Source: Eledone cirrhosa (lineage: Eukaryota). From it: a stretch of 64,000 nucleotides of DNA. The stretch is from positions 233,926,001 through 233,990,000 of the forward strand of contig OZ024742.1 of assembly GCA_964016885.1 (NCBI GenBank), read 5' to 3'. The notes under the pieces are model-generated. The model searched no databases, was not told where the DNA came from, and worked only from the letters and a program-made list of their open reading frames with translations. The stretch's first letter is position 1. Every line of letters starts with the position of its first letter. Positions 1-12,500 of this stretch are shown piece after piece. A program made the translations under genes and the position numbers.

Positions 1-714
1 TATATGTGATTATTAGTTGATATGATTATAACAAAGTATAATAGGAATAGGTGTATGACGAAAGAATAAATGTTATATATAGTTTACTTCACGTGAATCA
101 ATTAAAAGTACATATAAAACAGTTACCAAGAGTTGTTAATGTTGTTATTGCTGCTGATGTGAGGCTGTTGTAGTCTGTTGTTGTTGTTGGTGGTGTGAAA
201 ACAGCGAGCGATAGATAATTGTTGTTGTTGTTGTTGTTGGAATTTGGAGTCCGTGGTAGTAGTTTTGGAGACCGTAGTTAGTAAGAGAGAGAGATATGGT
301 TTGTATATCTCTGAATGGTCTGTAATTAGTTGTAGACCACTGTGGCTTGTACATGGTCTGTAGAGTAGGGCTCAAATCTCTCTGTGTGTATCTGTAGGCC
401 TCGTGGGGTCTGTTGATAGCGGTGAATCTTTACATAGTTAGTTGTGTATCCTAGCGCTTCGATATCTCTTGTGTCTGTAGACCCTTGAGGTTTGTTGATA
501 GCAGTAAATCCTTACATAGCTTGTTATAGGTATAATGCTCCGATGTATCTCCTTGAATGGGATGATAGCACAGGCTTTATATACCTGTCGCTTCCTGTCC
601 TCCACCTTGAGGGGATAGTCAACACGTCAACCTGTCTACACCAAAAAGGTGTTGACCTAGAATTTAACCTTTAGGTATCACCCAAAGTTCAAGGCGCGGA
701 CAGATTTCGCTACA
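1..714 (-). mobile_element. Probable LTR or LTR-like segment cut by the window edge
   Basis: On - it begins TGTAGCG at 714 beside a (TA)n tract, has TATATAAA at about 576-583, and an internal imperfect direct repeat (about 385-440 vs 470-520). Confidence 0.35.
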
Positions 715-779
715 TATATATATATGTATAAAAAACATGGGAAGAAAGAGGAAAACTGCGTGGTTGCACATGGGTTACA

Positions 780-1470
780 TATTATAAAATTAGTCCCTCA
801 TCAGTGATTTGCCAACCATCATTGGTATTTCATCGCATTAAAAATCATATACCTCAGGTTGGTGCGAGCAATAACTAAAATAAGCTATTGGGACAAGTGA
901 ATCGCGTAAAGCGAGTGAGACAAGTAAACAACATAGAAGGAAAAGCAAACCGAAGGTAGGAAAAAAGCAAGCAACATGATGGTTATCCGATCAGCATAAG
1001 CTGGGTGAATTTCATGAGCGGTCAGAAAACAGACCGTCCGACGTGAATGAGATGTGAGAAAGAAAGAATCCATATATGGGAGAGTAAAAAACAACAACAC
1101 GGGAGTAAAAGTTACGAAAGGTATTAGGTTCACGCTTATTGATAGTGGGGGTGTGGGTGCGACGCTTCGAGCATAAGCCCTTCATCGGGAGAGTGGTGGG
1201 AAGGAGAAGGCGGGGGAGAAGGAAGTGGGAAAAAAATAAAAATAACACATGAGAAAATAAAAGTTAAAAACAAATGGTGAAAAGATGTGAGGCGTGTAGA
1301 GGTGGTAGGTGGTTGGAGGGGAAAGGAGAGGCGCAATGGAAAAAAGGGGTCCAAGCGGGGAGAGCGGAAGGTGGGATATGTGTACGTTATGTGTGTATGC
1401 GTGGATGTAAGTGTGGGAATCTGAGGGAGGGCGAGGTTGCATGCTTGCATATATTATTTGTTTGCTAAAA
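780..1470 (-). mobile_element. Penelope-like element terminal (pLTR) remnant
   Basis: C/T-rich tail on -, a decayed minimal hammerhead motif at 1161-1188, and a CTGATGAG core fragment near 797-804. Confidence 0.5.
1161..1188 (-). ncRNA. Degenerate minimal hammerhead ribozyme motif (PLE type)
   Basis: CCGATGA-AGGGC-TTAT-GCTC-GAAG-CG-TC versus consensus CUGAUGA-stemII-GAAA-CG-UC; two core substitutions, so probably inactive. Confidence 0.5.
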
Positions 1471-1859
1471 TAATCAAATTAAATTAATTCAACAGTTAAA
1501 CACACATAGGAATAATAAGGTTGTTACCAAAGGGCCAGAAGATTAACAAGTCGATCCTAAATATTACTAAAAGCTCGAGGAAAGCCATGAACGACACCAC
1601 ATTTTTTAACTTTGATTTTTAAAGTAGGTTTATCATTATTAATTTTCTTTATACTTTTGAAGCTGTCTCGGTGGCCTAGTTGAAGGTATCATAGACGGTG
1701 GTGATCCTGGTCGGGAGTAGGGACTACATTTTAACCTGCATTCCATGTTTCATTTCTTCCCATCCTTGGTTGACCAAATGCCTTCCTTAATTGTTTCATT
1801 TATTTTTTTTTTATTTTATTCTTTCTCTTAGATTTCAGGTATTTTTGAAAGCAAAGCAT

Positions 1860-2116
<257 letters not shown>

Positions 2117-3279
2117 TTGAAGTTCTATTTAAATTGTTGGGATACAACAAGCAAATATTTTTATAACTGATATAAAGCACTCAACAAATTATTGGAGTAA
2201 AAATACGATATATTAACAAATGGAAACTATATTTATAAAACCATATTTATTTCATTATAGTTAAATTATGGTGTGCTTTCATCAGATAAAATATAATATA
2301 GATCAGTTTTATAAATAAATATTGACATACCTTTAAAAAATGCGACCATTTCTGTTGGAAGCTCCCGGATAGTGGGATTATTAAATTTATTTATTCTATT
2401 ATGCAAATTAGTGTCGGATATGTTTAAATCACAGTAGATTTAAAATAAGCCGTTGGGGTATGGAGAAAGGGAAAGAAAAGATAGTTCTCTCTAGTTATCT
2501 AGTTATCTATCTGTTATCTATTTAGTTATCTATCTGTCTATCTCCTCTTTCTCTCTCAATCAGTAGTCTGCGCTATGAAAAGGTCGTGGAGAGGAATGAG
2601 AGAAGTGCTGTCAACATCCCTTCATCTACCTCGCTAAAAAATCCTCCAAAGAAATCATACATCATGGCAGGTGAGGACAAACTAATATGTTAAATAACAT
2701 GGGACTGTTTTTTAAAAGATTATAAGGTAAAATACTTTCAGTTTTAGTACTTTAAAATTTCAATTGCGAAGATTTTTTTCAATTACTTTGATAGGAATGT
2801 TAAATTTATTTGATAGGAATGTTAAATTATTGGTAAAGAAACAAAAATTTACTGTAAAACATACTTTATTTTGAACGTTTGCATAGTATAGTTAGCTATA
2901 AGTAAATGTGTTATAGTGCATCTGCTGTAGCTACACATATAGGTCTGAGTGTATCACCTTATAAAGTGCAGCTGCAGCGTATATATTCTAACATGCAATC
3001 ATGAAGAATAAATGTTCGGCGATGCAGAAGATACTGTTTGTCTTATAAACGTATTTCTCCTCCCACCAGCAGCCATACTTCCAATGATAAACGCAGCAAC
3101 CAGCTTCTGCATAGCTTCCTTTCTATATTTCCACTTCAACCCTACATTCTGCATTCTAAAATGTCCATGCATCTTCCCAAAACCAACTATAGTTTGGCCA
3201 TTACCACGCAAACTTAGTGAATTATATTTGTTTTAAAATATTTTAGGTATGTCTAAAAGTCCAATAAATTGACTTTGAG

Positions 3280-3870
3280 ATTTGAGCTCAGAATGTAAAG
3301 GGCCAGAAAATCTATTGCTAAGCATTTGTCCGACGCTCTAACAACTCAGCCAACCCCTCACATGGTTTCTAATTTAGGCACAAGGCTAACAATTTGAAGG
3401 TGAGGGGGAAAAGTTGGTTATATAAACTCCATTACTTTATTAATACTTATTTTATCAACCCTCTAGATGGATGAAAAGCAAATTTGACCTCGCAGGATTT
3501 GGACTCATACTTTACTAAAATAATTGTTTCTACAATTGGTACGAGGCCAGCAATTTGAAGGAAAGGGGAAAGTCGATTAAATCGACTCCAATGTGTTACT
3601 GGTGCTTTATTTTACCGATGCCATAAGGAAGAAAAGAAAAGCTAATCTCAGCGAGATTTGGGTGCATACTTTACTAAAATAATTGTTTCTACTCTTGGCA
3701 CAAGGCCAGCAATTATCCCAGTGCATTACTGGTACTTTATTTTATCAACCCCATAAGGATGAAAGGCAAAGTTAACCTCGGCGGGATTTGAACTGGGACT
3801 GTAAATGGCCGTAACTCTGTTGCAAAGCATAGCGTCTGTCCCTCTACCGATACTGTCAATCCACCGCCCT
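3280..3870 (-). mobile_element. Cluster of tandem partial copies of a tRNA-derived SINE family
   Basis: Repeated GGCACAAGGCCAGCAATT...TACTTTATTTTATC...GGATGAAAGGCAAAG...GATTTGAACT; B-box GTTCAAATCC on -. The same family recurs at about 8170-8300, 16700-16925, 17930-18100 and 43290-43445. Confidence 0.7.
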
Positions 3871-4650
3871 TTACTAAAATAATAAGATCAGAGGATTTCA
3901 AAGACGATTATTCTCAATGTGTGATCTATTATGTCTTATAGATCTGTGATTTTGAATCAACACTGCTTTGAAATTTAATTTCGTACATTGGCAACGAAAC
4001 CATTTATGGTATCAAGCACAGTTGATAATAGATTAAACTAGAATGTTATCCTTAACTTAGCCAACAATAATCTCCCAGTAAAATCCTCATCGATATTAGC
4101 CCCTACTCAGATGTGTAGTGAATGCAATCAGACTGACTTGAACTTTTGTTCCCAGGTTAGCTAGATAAGTCATTGCAACCTCACATGCAGACCTTTTGGC
4201 TTTATAGATATTTAGTTCCTTTGTTTGGCGACTAGTGCCGCCAGAATATCTGCAGAAATGGTTTTCTGGAGGTCATCTGAGATTGTCGGAGATATCTCTA
4301 TCTTTATGAAATAGTCTGCCCTCGGCTGTCCAGGCAGACAGTCCAGTTTGTTCCAGTGAGCAAAACAATGTAGTTGTCCATAGATTCACTCCGACCTATT
4401 GTGGTCTAGGCCTTTCGGCTAGCGAGCTTTATCAACAAAGTTTAGTTATATACAAATTTTAACACATTTACTACAAACACCCACGCCAAACTATCACACA
4501 TACACTCACACAATTTTATTGTGAATATCTTTGTTTTTTGTTTTGTTTTTTTCTATATTCTCACAATAACTTTGAAGCATGTTTTTATTATTAGTTAGTT
4601 TTTTAATTAATGAAATTATTTAAGTAGCGGCTATTGTTATTCGTTCATTC

Positions 4651-4920
4651 AATATTGATTCGCAGGTCATCGTTATCCAACTGCCTATCAGTCGAAAAGT
4701 AGGGTAAGGCATTAAACCAGGCACCGCTGTGGGATTGCAAGACCGAGCGATAACATGCGAGGCGTTGCTGGTCGAGCTGGTCCACTAGCCTGTTCGAGGC
4801 CATGTCGCACTGGATGGCATCCCATATGCTTGGGGGGGGGGGCGTCTACAAAGGAAAAGGGAGGAGAGACGTCTACTGGGCGGAGTGCGAGCAGTTTCCA
4901 AGCCTTGCGTTCCTCGATCA
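4651..4920 (-). mobile_element. CRE-clade non-LTR retrotransposon fragment
   Basis: 4824 to 4651 translates WDAIQCDMASNRLVDQLDQQRLACYRSVLQSHSGAWFNALPYFSTDRQLDNDDLRINI, matching the CRE post-RT motif WD...HSGxWLxAxP...LDxxxLRI. Confidence 0.6.
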
Positions 4921-5489
4921 CAGAGGGTTATGTTGTATTATGGAAGAGAAAATAAGAAATTGAAGGATAAACGAAAATAAAAAAGGAAATATATATAATG
5001 TCAGTAAAGAATGCACACAGTAAGACGAATAAACACAGTAAGACGAATAAACAGGTGAATCTTTACCTCTTCAGCCACCTTACTGGCGTGTAATTTTGTG
5101 CATGAAGGTGGTATTTCATTTATGATGTCAGTTTCTGTTCAACATCACGTTTTGCTTTCTGCTTTCACTGATAAAGTAAATACATAATTTTCCATTAATG
5201 AAACAGAGTCGTTATCAAGCTTTTATGGTCGGGTGGACTTCGAAACATTTGGAGTGGGACACTCTAATTCTCATTAATTCAAAATAAGCATATCACAGTA
5301 TTTGTCTAAATCTGAGAGTGTGGAAACGCTTCCATCTAGTTACCTCCCTTGGTAACGGGCTCGTAATGAAATACAATAAAAGCAAAGTATAATGAATAAA
5401 TAAATAAGTAAAAAATGTGGCTTCTAATTTAGACACTAAGTCATCAATTTGGTGAGGGGGTTTAGTCGATCATATCGACCCCAAGCAGA

Positions 5490-6844
5490 CCTCGTGGTTC
5501 TGTACCTGTAAGGGAACGCACTAGCGTTGTAACTCGAAATAGACCAGACAGACCAACTGAACGTGGAGAAGATCGAGCAGCGCCTGAATGAAGGATCGTA
5601 CGCTGCGTTCACCAAACTAGGAAAAGTAAGGTGGATAGGAAAGCAAGTGACGTGTATATAGCAGAAATCCAGAGGTTGGCTATATTAGCCAGATTTACAG
5701 GAGAAAACCTAGAAGGGGTCGTGCGGATAGCGTTCGTGAATGGTTTACCCGATTAAATTTCAGTGAGGCTCCAGCAGCTGCCAGGCAACGAAAAAGTGTG
5801 AATGAGCGAACTGATCACACAGGCCCGCGTGGTGACACGAAGTGTCAGGTGAAATGTTGTGGCGTTAGCAGTGACGGAACCTTGCGTGAGTGGAGACAGA
5901 TGACGTGGGGGGTGGGGGGGGGGGGGCACAATTGTCGACTTAAAGTCGGCATGTCTGCGGCTACATATGAAAGTATCAGCTAGTTAGATATAAGATATGG
6001 GGTTCGGGTTGAATTCAGCACCGAAGATCATGGCGACGGTCTTCAAGGCCATTCTGGAAACGATGCACAAGGTGAAGAGAGCTACTAATTCCTACATTGA
6101 CGATATCTTGGTAGACGTGACTGTGGTGTCGGCAACAGTGTGTCTCAAGCCACGTGGAAAGGTTCGGGTTAACCGCAAAACTGCTGGAGGCGATGGAACG
6201 AAGAGTTATACAGGGACTGAGAAGAGACAATATGTGCATATTGGTATTTCGGAGGGGAAATGAAGTCCCAGAACTAGGCACCGGCATGGACAGACGAGAA
6301 CTTTTCTTGGCGTGTGGGAAATTGGTGGGCCACTATCCGAATGGAAATGGGATTGTGGAGAGACACCACGATACGATCAAGGCCACGGCAGAGAGGGGGA
6401 CATATCTCCCTAATGGGGGCAGTGTTCTGGTATATGTCGCTCTAGTCGAGGCAGGCCGAGGAGTCAGTGCCACACAGGTTGATATACAGATATGAATGGC
6501 GACGTCCATGTACGATATTACAACGACCTGTGCAGGTAGGTGACGAAGTCTGAGTTAAGCACTCAAATGCGTGCTGCACATCTCAATAGGGTAAGGCTGT
6601 AAATACCCGAAACAATGTGTCTGTGGATGGAATGCTACATCACGTCTTGGATATCCGTAGATTTAACGGACTTCGGAGAAGTGATAGTGGTGCCCCAGCT
6701 TTACGGAAATCACAATGAGAACGCCCCTCACCTATGCTGAAGGTAGACTTTGACACGGAGTGAGGTGATGGGATGATCTTTCAGATTAGGGGGTCATGCA
6801 GAGGTCAGTTATGCCGGAAGTGAGGGGCAAGTGACGTCAGGTCA

Positions 6845-6918
<74 letters not shown>

Positions 6919-7117
6919 CTCTGAGCTGCAGTCGAATGAGGAACTATTCCTTACTTGTGCGAATAAGTATGTGAGTTTGCTTCTCAGGTGAGCTTACGCA
7001 GGTAGATTCTGTCCGGATGTGAGTGGAAACGCAAAGGTCCCTTCGCTTCTTATGATAACCAGTAATTCAATGGATCATCTTTCCCGTATAGTGTATTAGG
7101 CTGAATACCTGTCACAA
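5490..7117 (+). mobile_element. Internally deleted Gypsy LTR retrotransposon remnant (gag, RT and integrase pieces, 3' LTR)
   Basis: gag-like LYL*GNALAL*LEIDQTDQLNVEKIEQRL...KVRWIG; RT MGFGLNSAPKIM...SYIDDILV; integrase YPNGNGIVERHH; purine tract near 6783-6793 followed by an LTR-like segment containing (CT)n. Confidence 0.8.
6849..6915. repeat. (CT)n microsatellite
   Basis: Read directly from the sequence. Confidence 0.95.
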
Positions 7118-8526
7118 CTATGTTAAAGGTGCTCGTGTCTCTAGAATGGTCAGCCGCTTGCACGTTGTTTTTACGAGTAGGTTAGGCTGGTGATCAAACA
7201 ATTGGAATACTCTTTATCGCAACCAACGGAGGTCCAATGTGTGTGTGTGTGTGTTTAAAGAACGGAAATAGTGAGGTGGTGGGGACTGAAGTTATTTACT
7301 ATCTTGATTATGCTGTCAATTTGAATATATTGACGTCTATTTTTTTATCAGCGTTCGTTTGTTGTAGCAAGTTGTGTGTATGTGTGTGTGTGTGTGTATG
7401 TATATGTGTGTGTATGTATGTGTGTGTGCACGTATGTATGTAGGTTGTATGTGTGTGTGTGTGTATATACCTGTAACTCTTGGGGGAGTGGTAGAGACGC
7501 TGTATTGACATACAGCGTTTCTAGGGCGTCTTTTAAATCTGGCGGAGCCCATCTCTTTTCCAGATCTGATTATAGAGAATGAGAGTGTGGAAGTGAAAAA
7601 GAAATATATAAGAAGAATCGACACCAGTACTAGGCTGATATTTTTTATCGATTTAAACTCAGAGAACAGAGAGCCGAAACGAATACCGTAAAGCATTCTA
7701 TCCGACGTTATAATGATTCTACCAATTCGCTGCCTTAACAATTGTATAGGTTGGTAAAAGAAATGTTGACATGGACTATGTGGTGTTCGCTTCGCAACCG
7801 TGTAGTTCTGGGATCAGTTCAGCTGCGTTGCATCTTGGGCAAGTGTCTATTATAAGTGTTTACTGAGTTTTGTGCAATCAAATGACTGAAACCAATAAGA
7901 GAATTCGTAAAATTAAATTCGGAGAAGGACCGCGAGAAATAAGTTCTGACATTTCAACAGGTCCTTTCTTTCAAATGTTTTTTTTTAGCTTCCTTTCGTA
8001 TTTTTTTCCTCATGTTAATATCGTTGAAAAAAAACGTAAACAAATGGATGAGGTGAGAGACAGAAAATAAAGAAGATAATACCAAAAATACTAGCTATAA
8101 GTAATATTGATTTCTCTAATTCGCACAATTCACAATTGTCGCAAGAGAGCGGTTGTTTAAATTGATTGCAGTATTTTATTCTGGCGGAGTCGTTAGAGCT
8201 TCGAACAAAATCCTTTGTGTTATTAATATTTTGAGTTCAAATCCCGCCGAGGTCAATTTTGCCAGAGTCGATAAAATAATGTACCTGTCAAGTAGTAAGG
8301 GGTTTATTATCCCCCACCCCGCTCTATTCCTCTATCTCTTGAATACCTTTGATAAGGTGTGCTTGGTCAATTCTAAAACAACTACATTTCCAACCAACAA
8401 AGGATCTTCTATGTTGTCGCTCGAACTGTTAAAGATAGTAGCCAAATCTCCATAAAAAATTATAATGTAGTCCGCGATAAGCTTTATCAGAAAAAGATAG
8501 TATGGCCATGCCTAGAAAGCTTTAGA

Positions 8527-8861
8527 TGGGGGATCTCAAATGCAAGTACTCAAAAGGGCTATTACATCCTGGTGAAAAGGCACAGCGAGCCAAAAGTAAG
8601 ATGAGGTGGAGGTGGGGGTGATTTTCCCTAACTTAATGCTAATTTTCAATGCAGCTGTTAAGCAGTAATTGTTTTGTTTACTTTTGGTTTATTTGTTTTT
8701 TTCAACAACATAAATATGCATATGATAGTTGGGATATGTGAATTAGTACAAAATGTAGGAGAACAAATTTTCCGTTTCAAATTTTCTTTAATTAGTCGCG
8801 AAAATTGTTCTGCTGCGGGCTATAGAAAAGTAGTTTGCGGAATGCATGTTTGAGACGTCTG
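8527..8861. mobile_element. Decayed hAT(Charlie)-like MITE
   Basis: Imperfect terminal inverted repeats GGGGATCTCAAAT...GTTTGAGACGTCTG. Confidence 0.35.
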
Positions 8862-9568
8862 ATACAGAGCTTATGACGTCTGATCAAGGCTTAACGTGGA
8901 GCTGAAAGGAAAAATCAACTATACTAAAGGGAGACAACAGTGCATTGGCTTGTTCACTTTTTACATATGTAAGTCGTAACTTTTATAGAGCTTGGAACGT
9001 GTACGGCGTAGTATCCGCTGCCTTTCCCAGTGGCATTGGTGATCTAAATGGAGTGAAATAGAAACTGGATCAGAGTATTATTGTTCGAACTAGTCTACGT
9101 AGTAACATTCACATTTTTTACCGTTTCGTCTGCGAAGGAAGGGCAGTGCGCATGACCAAAACAACAAACGAGAGACTGACACATTGACCAGTAATTGAGT
9201 TTACTTTCTTAGATCATTAAAATTTAAGTAACAAAGGAATTCTGATAGGCTTCATTATTTGATATAGCTCAAAAATACCATATTAAATCAGAATGAATTA
9301 TTTCACATAATATTAACGAAACTTAAATACTTCTGTGCAAGATATGATCAAATTGAGGCAGTGAACCGCTGATACAAAAGGTAAAACAATCAGCACTAAA
9401 TGACTGTTGATTGTGTTATTATTTTCTTTAAAGCGTTTTATAAATGGAAATATTGGTTATATTAAATACATTCCTAAATTTAGTATAAAGTATACAAAAT
9501 ATAATTTATCTTGGTTTTACTTCAAATTTTCAACACTAGTTTATTTCTACTTCGTTCGCTCTGCTTTT

Positions 9569-9576
9569 ACTTCCGG
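9569..9576 (-). promoter_or_regulatory. ETS/GABP-type motif (CCGGAAGT) next to the UFM1 start
   Basis: ACTTCCGG 16-23 nt upstream of the split ATG; typical of TATA-less housekeeping promoters. Function not demonstrated. Confidence 0.5.
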
Positions 9577-9591
9577 TGAGGTGTCATCAAG

Positions 9592-9593
9592 AT
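9592..9593 (+). CDS. UFM1: UFM1 coding exon 1 (the AT of a split ATG)
   Basis: caagAT|gtaagt strong donor; the next exon starts with G TCA AAG, giving ATG TCA AAG (M-S-K). Confidence 0.85.
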
Positions 9594-12500
9594 GTAAGTT
9601 AAGCATGTGTTCTTCTTTCTTGAGTATAAACATATATATATATACATATTTGGTGTATTATTATTCTTATTCTCTTGATCATTTTACTCTTATTTCTAGG
9701 TCAAAGGTCACATTCAAAATTATCCTGACTTCGGATCCAAAACAGCCGTACAAAATGTAAGCACTCTATATAATTTATAGTTTGTCACACCATATGTCCG
9801 TTTATAATTCTTCATATAGGAATACTGTCAAACAACAGGAAAAAAACTTTTTCTTAAGAGCTAATAAAGTATTAAAGTTGTGTTTTCTTGCATAATAATG
9901 CAAGCAGCTCTGCTTCCGAGTATCTTATTTTTCACATATGGAGTATCTTATTTTTAACATATGGAACTTGTATGCTCTCTGTGACTGTATTTCGTTGTGT
10001 GGGCTGAAGTATCACACTATCGATACAGTAACATAAATATATATATATAAGATTTAATATAGAATGGCTTCTACAGGACTAGAACTGTCTCGTTCGAAGG
10101 AAATCATCGAATGAAACAGTTCTAGTGCTGTAGAAGACATTTCTATATTAAATATTGTATATACTACTACTATGTATTGAGTACCTTACTGTGGTTACCC
10201 CGATTGAACCCGGGACTCCCATATATATATATATGCACACACATACACATATTTCACGTATAAATATATATATATTTCAACAAACATTTGGAATAATTAA
10301 TTGCTCTTGTTACATTTGTAAAGCTTATCGGCAACAATTTAAGTTTCACTTTGAAAGGTCCCTATAAAATTGTCGATATTCCAAGTTTTGGTTTTATTTT
10401 TTAATTTACCACCCAGTATTTAGTGTTTTCATCATTCTCTCTCTCTTTATTATTATTATTATTTGTGTGTACCCTGCAATATCATAAGCACCTCACATTT
10501 CTATCTAAATAATCTATATACATGGCTTAGTAGTGTTCGGCTCATGATCGGAAAGTCGTGAGTTCGACTCCCGGACCGTGTGCAGCGCGTAGTCTTTGAG
10601 CAAGACACATTATTTTACATTACTCCAGTTCACTCAGTTGAGGAAAACTGGTTGCCCATGTGATTCATTCTCGGAACCAGTCTTGTCACACGCCGAATCG
10701 CTGAGAACTGCGCTATGAATGTATTTGACTAGAATGCTCAGCTACTTCATCATTTCATTTTACGTCCGCTTTTTCCCTGCATGCAAGGGTGGGACGGGAA
10801 CTGATTCTGGCTTGATTTCTACAGCTGGATGCCCTTCCTAACACCAACCTCATTTACAGTGAGTGCTGGGTGTTTTTTTCCCGTGGCGCCTACACGTCCA
10901 CTTTACAGTGGGCTGGGTGCTTTTTTGCCGTGGCACCTCCACGACCACTTTGCAGTGGAATGATATGGACCCCAGTCCCTATCATCTCATTTCTACAGCT
11001 GAGTAAACTGGAGGTGCCATGGCAAAAAAGCACCCAGCACTCACTGTAAATGAGGTTGGTGTTAGGAAGGGCATCCGGCTGTAAAAATCAAGCCAGAATC
11101 AGTTCCTGTACCACCCTTGCAAACAGGGGAAAAGCGGACGTAAAATGAAATGAAAATGAAAAAAATCTTTAATACTTATTCTCCCTCTCTCCAGATTAAG
11201 TGTTCCAGATAAAGCTCCATTTACAGCTGTTTTGAAGTTTGCCGCAGAAGAAGTAAGTACATAATTTTACAATTTGTTGTTTAACCCCAGATCAACCCTA
11301 ATCCAACAGACATCATCATCATTGTTTAAAGTCTATTTTCCACGTTAGTATGGGTTTGACGAGTTGTCCCATCGTGAGACAAGTCAAATCAGGTGACAGC
11401 ATCTTGCTCATACAGAACTGTTTCTGGATTGGTTTCTATGGCAAGATGCCCTTCCTAACGCCAACCACATTTACAGTGTGTATTGGGTGCTTTTTGTCGT
11501 GACATCTACATGACCATTTTACAGTGAGAACTGGGTGCTCATTGTTGTAGCACCAAGATGACCACTTTATAGTACGGATTGGGGAATTGGGGAGCTAGAT
11601 CTAGGGATGGAGTGATTACAACTTGGTGTATGGGAGGGAAGGGGATGCATACTAGATGTATGCTTCAGCCCCTGATATGGGAAGGCAGGTTTTCTGTATT
11701 ACTGCATAGCACCAGAGATCACGGTCCTCTGTCATCGCCTTTAAGAAGTGCAATTCTGCAAGATCAGCTTTTATCACCTCATCCCAAATCTTCCTAGGTC
11801 TGCCCACTTCCATTAACTTTGAGCGTTTTGCACCTTTTTATCTAGTTGGCATCCTTCATACACAACATATGTCCATACTACCACAATCTCCTCTCCTGCA
11901 GACTACATCTGATCCCTCTTATGCCTAATTTCTCTCTCAGTTCATTTATGTTTTGCCATTCACGTACTGCACATTTATCAAAACATGGAAGCTTCATTTC
12001 TTTCCAATCTTCGCAGGTCTTCTGCACACAGTGCCCAAGTCTTGCTACCATGCAACATTGCTGTTCATATACATGCATCATACTGTTTGAGAGGAAAACC
12101 TTTTGTAGTTAGCAGCAGTAGTAACTCCCTGAACTTTCTCCAACCCATTCCATTTTGGCTACTGTGCTTTCAGAACACCCTCCTCCAAAAACTACTATTT
12201 CTACAGAGTCCTCTGGGAATTTGAAGGTGTTTGTATCCTGTGAACTCTTGCTACTTATTGCACCTGTGCATCGGCCATTTATAAAACCTATGTTCTTTGT
12301 TAGCCTGAGATCCCACTACTTCTCTTGTGTACTCATAGTTTGCATTTGAGACATAGGATGGAATTTCTACCTACTCGTTTTCTGCACACTGAGCAAGGCC
12401 ATTTCCCTGAGGGAATCTGAGCCCTGTTTTCCCTTCTACATACTAGGACTTTGGTCTTTGATAAGTTAACTTTAAGGCCTTTTGATTTTAAGCCATGCTG

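Noticed and set aside
786-830. CTGATGAGGGAC on - as a hammerhead
   Set aside because: No downstream stem II partner or GAAA/UH; at most a truncated relic
2999-3236. Overlapping 70-74 aa ORFs in non-repetitive sequence; TIVGFG briefly suggested a Fanzor/TnpB RuvC motif
   Set aside because: The catalytic Asp and other RuvC or zinc-finger motifs are absent, there is an upstream in-frame stop, and no family was recognisable
4675-4712. Weak resemblance to an SSU rRNA segment (CTGCCTATCAG...GTAGGGTAAGG)
   Set aside because: No flanking rRNA similarity; the opposite strand is better explained as CRE retrotransposon coding sequence
7237-7741. CVCVCV and THTHTH ORFs
   Set aside because: Translations of (TG)n microsatellites
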